Assembly (NCBI GenBank): GCA_016936415.1
Contig: JAFGXW010000122.1
Coordinates: 16,269-80,268 of the forward strand
From: Bacilli bacterium
GTDB lineage: Bacteria > Bacillota_I > Bacilli_A > Izemoplasmatales > Izemoplasmataceae
Direction: 5' to 3'
Length of the DNA: 64,000 nucleotides
Positions 58,244 to 64,000 of the stretch are shown here, one piece after another. The translations under genes were made by a program, and so were the position numbers. Every line of letters begins with the position of its first letter. Within the stretch, counting starts at the first letter, position 1. The notes beneath the pieces are model-generated. The model was not told the DNA's origin, made no database searches, and worked only from the letters and a program-made list of their open reading frames with translations.

Positions 58244-58269
58244 AAAAGCGCTTAATTAAGCGCTTTTTT
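58244..58269 (+). terminator. Terminator after the ABC exporter pair
   Basis: Stem aaaagcgctta/taagcgctttt followed by tttt. Confidence 0.8.
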
Positions 58270-58434
58270 CTATTGAGTATTTCACAAGAACTTAAATAGA
58301 GATTTTATTTTGAAATCCATATGCTTTTTCAATCTTGTTTGAATTATTTTCAATATTACTACAACACTGATTGCGTTATATTGATATTAGATTAGTTTTT
58401 TCAGAAGATATAAATAGATTTACCGAAATTCAAT

Positions 58435-59124
58435 TTAGACGATATCAGCAATAAATCTGTATCCCACTCCAGATTCAGTTACAATATACTTTGGATTGGC
58501 TACATCATCTTTAATTTTTCGTCTAATATTACCCATGAAAACTCGTAATGATTGATAATCATCGTTCGAATCATAACCCCATACTTTTTCATGAATCATT
58601 TTATGTGTGCACACTTTTCCATGGTTAGATACAAGATATTTTATAATGTTAAATTCAATTGGTGTAAGATGGGATTCAGCATCATTGATTTGAACAATTC
58701 GTCTATCAAAGTCTATCAATAACTCACCAAAACAGACAATCTCAGATTCAATCAAGTTAATATTGTAGCGCCTCATTACTACCTTTATTCTTGCTAGAAG
58801 TTCATTCACTCCAAAAGGCTTTGTTAAAAAATCATCAGCTCCCAGTTCAAGTGCCTCCACCTTTTCTTCTTCTTTAAATCTTGCAGAAATAATGATTATT
58901 GGAACATCTGAATATTCTCTTATTTTTTTAAGAACTTCAACACCATCAATATCGGGTAATCCTAAATCTAATAAAACCAAATCAAAACTCCCATTTTGAA
59001 TAGAATTAATTGCTTCCATTCCAGATTTCGTTTTTACAACTGAGTACTTGTTTGATTCAAGTGCAATAGAGACCATTTTAACAATTCCTTTATCGTCTTC
59101 CACTAATAAAATATTTTGGTACAT
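58435..59124 (-). CDS. OmpR-family response regulator (KdpE-like)
   Basis: Receiver LVLLDLGLPDIDG and a winged-helix C-terminus LTPIEFNIIKYL...GVGYRF. Confidence 0.85.
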   Translation of the reverse strand: MYQNILLVEDDKGIVKMVSIALESNKYSVVKTKSGMEAINSIQNGSFDLVLLDLGLPDIDGVEVLKKIREYSDVPIIIISARFKEEEKVEALELGADDFLTKPFGVNELLARIKVVMRRYNINLIESEIVCFGELLIDFDRRIVQINDAESHLTPIEFNIIKYLVSNHGKVCTHKMIHEKVWGYDSNDDYQSLRVFMGNIRRKIKDDVANPKYIVTESGVGYRFIADIV

Positions 59125-59135
59125 AATTACACCAC

Positions 59136-60599
59136 CTATAACGGCAACACAATGTCAAATGTTGCCCCATTATCTTTATTATTGTATGCCTTAATATTTC
59201 CTCCATGTTTTTCAACAATTGCCTGACAGATGGTTAATCCAAGTCCGAACCCTCTTCGATTATCCTTTTTTTCATTGGTAAAATAATCACTATCAAAAAT
59301 TCGGGCAAGATCATCCTCATTAATCCCGCCTCCATTGTCTGAAACCAAAATATGAACTTTATTATCGTGAAGATAATACTGAACTTGAATTTCAGAATCT
59401 TCATTTGTATGTTGTATCGCATTATCCAGTAGGTTTGTGATAACTTGAATCAATAGTTTAGCATCAATATTCATAATAATAACTTCATCGCTTTTTTCAA
59501 TGAAAAGTTTGTGCTTTAGGAGTCTTTTCTTTATGTTATTTGTTGCTTGTGATACAATCTCATCCACAGATTCTTTTGTTTTTTGAAGCTGTACTTCTTC
59601 ATTTTGAAACTTGGTCATCTGAAGTATATTTTCCATTAACAAAGCCATCGAATCAACTTCATCAATTATTTCTGACAAAACTACTCTTCTTGTTTCTTCA
59701 TCAATGTCAATTTCATTATACAAAAGAGTAGATCCTGTTAAAATGCTTGTTAGAGGAGTTCTTAAGTCATGTGAGATACTTCGCAAAATTTGATTTTTAA
59801 ACCGCTCATTTTCCGCCATAAATCTACTGTTTTCTTCATCAGCTTTGGCAAATTCCTTTTGCATGACAATTTTGTATAAGTTGATAATTGCATTTAAAAA
59901 ATCATTTTCATATTTTTTTAGGTTCTCGGTAATTTCAACTAGTAATGCAATTTTATGTCCGGTTATCACAGAAATTCCTATAATTCTAAAAGGTAAATCT
60001 GGTTTATATGATGTTCCCGCCCCAATATGTGATCCAGTCTTGATTGCAAACTCAATATGCTTAATATACTTACTAAATTCAAAATGATTGTTGTACGCTG
60101 AATATATTTTTCCATCCATATATAGATAATTACTAAACCCAGTGTTCTTTTGAATAATTTCAATGAAAAAGGTATTAATTCTTTTCGTACTACTTATAGA
60201 TAATAGTCCTTTGGCTACATTATATAGTGCATCTGTTTTTTGCTCCCCCTCTTGTGCTCTAGTAGCCTCTTTATGTAACTTTTGCATGAGTGAGGAAATT
60301 AAAAATGAGACAATCAAAAATATGACTAAAGTAATAATGTACTTGGAGTTTTCGATCATGAAAGTATATTTTGGATCTGTGAAGAAAAAATTAAAAAACA
60401 ACACTAGAACAATCGCAGTAATAAATCCGAAAATATAGCTGCGAGATTCCATAATAACAAGCACTACAGAAATAATGAACAGCAATAGAATATTTTCATA
60501 TCCAAACGAAAAAGCTTCAAATGTAAAGCTCAATAAAATTGAAAGTATGAAAATTGCATAGATTTTCCATAATTTAAAGAATTTATTTATCAATTTCAT
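59136..60599 (-). CDS. Sensor histidine kinase with a KdpD-type DUF4118 membrane domain but no KdpD N-terminal/Usp domains
   Basis: Membrane block ...NFFFTDPKYTF..., H-box SHDLRTPLTSI, N box NLLDNAIQHT, G boxes DNGGGI and GFGLGL. Confidence 0.8.
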   Translation of the reverse strand: MKLINKFFKLWKIYAIFILSILLSFTFEAFSFGYENILLLFIISVVLVIMESRSYIFGFITAIVLVLFFNFFFTDPKYTFMIENSKYIITLVIFLIVSFLISSLMQKLHKEATRAQEGEQKTDALYNVAKGLLSISSTKRINTFFIEIIQKNTGFSNYLYMDGKIYSAYNNHFEFSKYIKHIEFAIKTGSHIGAGTSYKPDLPFRIIGISVITGHKIALLVEITENLKKYENDFLNAIINLYKIVMQKEFAKADEENSRFMAENERFKNQILRSISHDLRTPLTSILTGSTLLYNEIDIDEETRRVVLSEIIDEVDSMALLMENILQMTKFQNEEVQLQKTKESVDEIVSQATNNIKKRLLKHKLFIEKSDEVIIMNIDAKLLIQVITNLLDNAIQHTNEDSEIQVQYYLHDNKVHILVSDNGGGINEDDLARIFDSDYFTNEKKDNRRGFGLGLTICQAIVEKHGGNIKAYNNKDNGATFDIVLPL

Positions 60600-60606
60600 C
60601 AAGCAC

Positions 60607-62055
60607 CTACTTTCTAAATTTATTTATAACATTCACAATTGAAATCATTACAATTAGAATTTCCAATCTACCGATAAACATTAAGATTGAACCCATCCAC
60701 AAGATTATATTAGGTGAATAATATGTAAATAATCCAACTGATAGTCCTACTGTTCCAAGTGCTGAAGCTGTCTCGAACAAACTTTGTTCCAATGTGTAAC
60801 CATGACCAACAAAAATCAATGCTCCAAGAAACAAAAACGAGAAATAGATTAGCACGAATACATATGTGCTATTTATCATTTTATCGGATATTTCCTCTCT
60901 TTTATTAATCTTATAAACGGTTTTCTTATAAACCAAACGTTTACTAGAAACTGAATCTCTAAAATACCAAAAAATAGATTTAAGAATAAGGATAGTTCGA
61001 AACTGCTTAATACCTCCTGCAGTAGATCCGATACCCCCACCAATTATCATTAATAATATCATCATTAAAAGAAAAATGGAAGAAAATACTGCAAAGGTAG
61101 GTACTGAACTGAATCCAGTAGTGGTTGCAGCTGAGACGAATTGAAACAATGTAATACGGAATGAACTAACATAACTCATATTTTGAAATTTAGAAACAAT
61201 CAATGCGAATAATGGCACAAATATCAAAATAACAACAATTATGTATTTAAGTTCTGAGTGCTTTCTCACTTTATTAAACTTTCCAGTAATAATATAGTGG
61301 TGGATTAAAAAGTTAGTACCACCCAAAAGCATCAAAACAATAATGATAATCTCTATCATAAGACTCTGATAATGGTATATACTATCTACTTTAGTTGAAA
61401 AACCACCTGTAGAAATAGCTGCAATCGAATGGTTGATAGCATCAAATATTGACATTCCAAAAACCGCTAAAAATATTGTCCCAATCGTGATATATATAAA
61501 ATAAATCCCTATGATTCTCCTAGCTGACTTTACTAAATTCGGGCTTAATTGATCATCATGTCCTTCTGCAGCATAAATTGCATAAGTATTTTGTTTTGAT
61601 AATATCGAAACAAAGACCAATACCAACCCAACACCACCAAAAAATTGCAATTCACTCCTATACAGTAAAAAAATTTTGGGGGTTACTGAAACATCCATCA
61701 CGCTAAGTCCCGTTGTGGATAAACCACTAGCTGACTCAAATATAGCTTGTGTGAAACTATAATTATTCAATAAAGCTATGGGAAAAGAAGCTATTACAAT
61801 TGCCATAAGCCATATTAATACAATTAACCATAATGAGTTACGATCAAATTTTATTGCATTATGATACTCTTTATTAAAGTATAACAAGATGTATCCAATA
61901 AATATGGTAAGTATACCTGGTAAGGCAAAATACTTAATTTGTTCAGATTCTTCAGGAAAAAAAAGCACTGTAACAATTGGTATTATGATGATCGATCCTA
62001 TAATCATCATAAATATTCCTATATATGAGTAAATTGATCGTGCTTTTGAGTTCAT
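60607..62055 (-). CDS. trkH: TrkH/KtrB-family K+ transporter membrane subunit
   Basis: 482 aa, about 10-12 TM segments with repeated pore-loop Gly motifs (SGLSTTG, ISTGGFS, ATTTGFS, LGTVGLS). Confidence 0.85.
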   Translation of the reverse strand: MNSKARSIYSYIGIFMMIIGSIIIIPIVTVLFFPEESEQIKYFALPGILTIFIGYILLYFNKEYHNAIKFDRNSLWLIVLIWLMAIVIASFPIALLNNYSFTQAIFESASGLSTTGLSVMDVSVTPKIFLLYRSELQFFGGVGLVLVFVSILSKQNTYAIYAAEGHDDQLSPNLVKSARRIIGIYFIYITIGTIFLAVFGMSIFDAINHSIAAISTGGFSTKVDSIYHYQSLMIEIIIIVLMLLGGTNFLIHHYIITGKFNKVRKHSELKYIIVVILIFVPLFALIVSKFQNMSYVSSFRITLFQFVSAATTTGFSSVPTFAVFSSIFLLMMILLMIIGGGIGSTAGGIKQFRTILILKSIFWYFRDSVSSKRLVYKKTVYKINKREEISDKMINSTYVFVLIYFSFLFLGALIFVGHGYTLEQSLFETASALGTVGLSVGLFTYYSPNIILWMGSILMFIGRLEILIVMISIVNVINKFRK

Positions 62056-62067
62056 ATCATTACCTCC

Positions 62068-62727
62068 TTAACTTATGCGGAATAACATGTTTAACTGTTC
62101 TAGAGATTCTGATTTAGACACAATATATAAAACATCTCCACTCAATAATGTTGTATTTCCGTTTGGTATAATTATTTCGTCTTCACGAAGAAGACAAGAT
62201 ATGTTGATATTAATTGGTAGATTAATTTCTTTTAATTGTTTTTCGATATACTCACTATTATCTTGCAATTTGATTTTGCTCAAAGAAACATCATCATTAT
62301 CTATGTTAAGTAACTGATAGATGTCATTTGAAAGTGATTCTTTTTCAATTACTTTTGCGACTAGATAAGTTGATGACAATGCAGAATCCACACCTAATTT
62401 TTCAAAGATATCTACATCCTTAGGATTGCTCACAGATGAAATCGTCTTTTTTACATTGAATAATTTTTTTGCTATTTGACAAGACACATAGTTTATTTCA
62501 TCTCGCTCACTCAATGAAATAAATATGTCTGCATTTTTAATATCCGCCTCTTCAAGCACATATTTTTTTGTTGGGTCACCATAAAATATTGGAATATCAG
62601 AGTGATTTTTTAAATACTCACAAGTATTGCGATTGCTATTGATTACGATAAGTTTGCACTTCTTATTCTTAAATATTTTAAGTAGAAAGTCTGCTTGAGA
62701 GCTACCTTCACTGATTACTATTTTCAT
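62068..62727 (-). CDS. RCK (TrkA-N-like + TrkA-C) regulatory subunit with a degenerate dinucleotide-binding loop
   Basis: The N-terminus reads VISEGSSQADF where GxGxxG is expected. The C-terminal TrkA-C-like region includes LLSGDVLYIV. ATG 62727 follows GGAGGTGGG. Confidence 0.7.
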   Translation of the reverse strand: MKIVISEGSSQADFLLKIFKNKKCKLIVINSNRNTCEYLKNHSDIPIFYGDPTKKYVLEEADIKNADIFISLSERDEINYVSCQIAKKLFNVKKTISSVSNPKDVDIFEKLGVDSALSSTYLVAKVIEKESLSNDIYQLLNIDNDDVSLSKIKLQDNSEYIEKQLKEINLPININISCLLREDEIIIPNGNTTLLSGDVLYIVSKSESLEQLNMLFRIS

Positions 62728-63139
62728 TATTCCCACCTCCAAAATTGCGGTTAAACTCATCCATTGATAACTTAAATGGATAAATTGCATGAATACTAGT
62801 GTTTTCTATCAAAGTGCTTTTTTCAATATCACCCAATCTAAGATATACTTTATCAACAAAATAAATCATACTAGCAATATGCGACACGAAGATATTTGTA
62901 TTGTCATTGTTTGTTGTAGCTATCAAAATATCAGCATCTTCTATCCCTGCTTGTTCAAGAACTTCAGAATCAACTGCATCTCCAATATAACGATAGCCTG
63001 AATATTGATCATTCAATTTTCTGAAAGCATCTCCATCCTTATCAATAATTACAACTTCATGACCCTTCACCGATAACTCTGATGCAATATACGATCCCAA
63101 TCTACCTGATCCAATGATTATTGCTTTTTCTCTTTTCAT
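62708..63139 (-). CDS. RCK N-terminal (TrkA-N) domain-only protein
   Basis: IIIGSGRLGS Rossmann loop, VIIDKD, ~143 aa, no TrkA-C domain. Overlaps the next gene by 20 nt. Confidence 0.75.
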   Translation of the reverse strand: MKREKAIIIGSGRLGSYIASELSVKGHEVVIIDKDGDAFRKLNDQYSGYRYIGDAVDSEVLEQAGIEDADILIATTNNDNTNIFVSHIASMIYFVDKVYLRLGDIEKSTLIENTSIHAIYPFKLSMDEFNRNFGGGNNENSNQ

Positions 63140-63140
63140 T

Positions 63141-63326
63141 TCAATCACCACTCTTTTCTTCTGTATAAGAAACTATAAACATAGTATTTATATACTCGAT
63201 TCCCTTATATGTATCTAAAACAAAAAAATCTTCTTCAATATTCATTAAGATCCCAGTTAAAGTAGTAAACCCATGCGTTGAATTTAAATAAATTTTGATT
63301 CGTTTTCCAATCATTAATTGTTTCAT
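63141..63326 (-). CDS. 61-aa protein with an Sm-like/DUF2642-like beta-strand pattern, first gene of the K+ operon
   Basis: GKRIKIYLNS...LTGILMNIEEDFFVLDT...IEYINTMFIVSY. GGAG upstream. Stop is 1 nt before the next start. Confidence 0.45.
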   Translation of the reverse strand: MKQLMIGKRIKIYLNSTHGFTTLTGILMNIEEDFFVLDTYKGIEYINTMFIVSYTEEKSGD

Positions 63327-63522
63327 ATATTCATCACTCCTTTACACCCTAATTCTATAAAAACTTGTGTAAAGTATAAATTGCTAATCCTATCTATATG
63401 TATAAATATTTTATAAAGAAAATTGTTTGAGATAAATTCTAATGATAAATAGAAACTTCACTGTTCTTTAAGTAACTATAATGATATAAGGCTTTCTTGA
63501 GCTATTTGACCTTATTTCAAAC

Positions 63523-63549
63523 ACAAAAAAACACCTGCTTTACAGGTGT
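63523..63549 (-). terminator. Minus-strand rho-independent terminator with no annotated gene immediately upstream
   Basis: Stem acacctg/caggtgt with loop cttta and a 7-nt A-run on the plus strand to its left (a T-run on the minus strand). Confidence 0.65.
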
Positions 63550-63942
63550 AAATCATATGCTAACAACCTAAGAAGATATTGTTCTAAGAAAACAGCAATA
63601 ACCCAATAATTATTTTTAGTTCCCTGAGTAAACCTTGTAAAAGAAGTTCTGCACTGCTATGAAAGAAGGTTTGATACGTGTCCAATTTATCTTGACTAGT
63701 GCACTAGAGGTGTTAATAATTTTCGCTAGTTACTGTTCAAAATACACTAAACAGTCCAAAATCGAATGACATTTTTTAGAATTTCTACATACTTTTAATT
63801 TGACAAACTGATATCAATATATTTAATCTCCATTTCATTTGAAACTTTCTATAATTAATATCCCTTCAAAATCAAATGAATGTCTCAAAATCGTTTTGTG
63901 ACTGAAGAGAAATGCGCCACCTTGTGTATTAGGTTTTAAAAT

Positions 63943-63999
63943 ATTATTTACCATAAGTACCTGTGACGAATATTTCAACGCTTGTTGATGATAATTCTT
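63943..63999 (-). CDS. 3' end (18 codons) of an unidentified minus-strand gene that starts outside the window
   Basis: The frame open to the right edge reads ...EELSSTSVEIFVTGTYGK, with TAA at 63943-63945. Too short to identify. Confidence 0.3.
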
Positions 64000-64000
64000 C

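Noticed and set aside
62068-63139. The possibility that the two RCK genes are one trkA gene split by a frameshift (pseudogene).
   Set aside because: The downstream ORF has its own strong GGAGGTGGG site and ATG. The 20-nt overlap looks like normal translational coupling, and both products are complete domains. Resequencing would still be needed to exclude an assembly error.
63327-63560. A c-di-AMP (ydaO/kimA-type) or other riboswitch upstream of the K+ uptake operon.
   Set aside because: The region is extremely AT-rich and lacks the conserved G/C-rich cores (ACGGGG / CCGA-type elements) I associate with that class. Only a covariance-model scan could settle this.
1-63999. A search by eye for CRISPR repeats, IS or transposase genes, integrases, phage genes, tRNA/rRNA/tmRNA/RNase P/SRP RNA signatures and long tandem repeats.
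   Set aside because: I saw none: no regularly spaced direct repeats, no GGTTCGAATCC-type T-arms, no DDE or tyrosine-recombinase motifs. Small or degenerate elements could have been missed without software.

Overview
Visibly AT-rich, gene-dense chromosomal window (about 60 credible CDS) from a low-GC Gram-positive-type bacterium. Supporting this: Bacillus-like synteny (ylbF-ylbG, rpsP-khpA ... rimM-trmD-rplS), a tyrS T-box leader, a CcpA homologue, and TGA used as a stop codon. Most genes are on the minus strand and end in clear rho-independent terminators. Content is mainly housekeeping and metabolism: a heavy-metal P-type ATPase with a CzrA-like repressor, tyrS, ccpA, ribosomal and tRNA-modification genes, a NatAB-like ABC pump, NifS, pfk, def, tal, a Ca-ATPase, tdh-kbl, rocA, nox, a DEAD-box helicase and an ABC exporter pair. 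I found no rRNA, tRNA, CRISPR array, transposase, integrase or phage gene. All calls rest on motif reading and recalled family signatures; no searches were run. The stretches I would look at again are: (1) a five-ORF flavoprotein/Fe-S dehydrogenase operon abutting rocA, a candidate heteromeric proline dehydrogenase of the archaeal PDH / HcnABC / opine-oxidase type; (2) a seven-gene sugar operon that mixes a GH65 phosphorylase/beta-PGM/ABC uptake module with an SPS-like GT4 and a fructokinase; (3) a monocistronic membrane-anchored protein with a HepT-like HEPN motif; (4) an orphan degenerate HNH-like nuclease gene isolated by terminators; (5) a stand-alone NuoF / NuoG-N-terminal / NuoE module with no catalytic partner nearby; (6) a K+ uptake operon with a split TrkA, an Sm-like small ORF and an N-terminally truncated KdpD-like/KdpE-like two-component pair; (7) a roughly 670-nt ORF-free right end carrying an orphan terminator, a perfect palindrome and a 36-aa hydrophobic ORF. 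None of these is a proven new system, and the interest scores reflect that.
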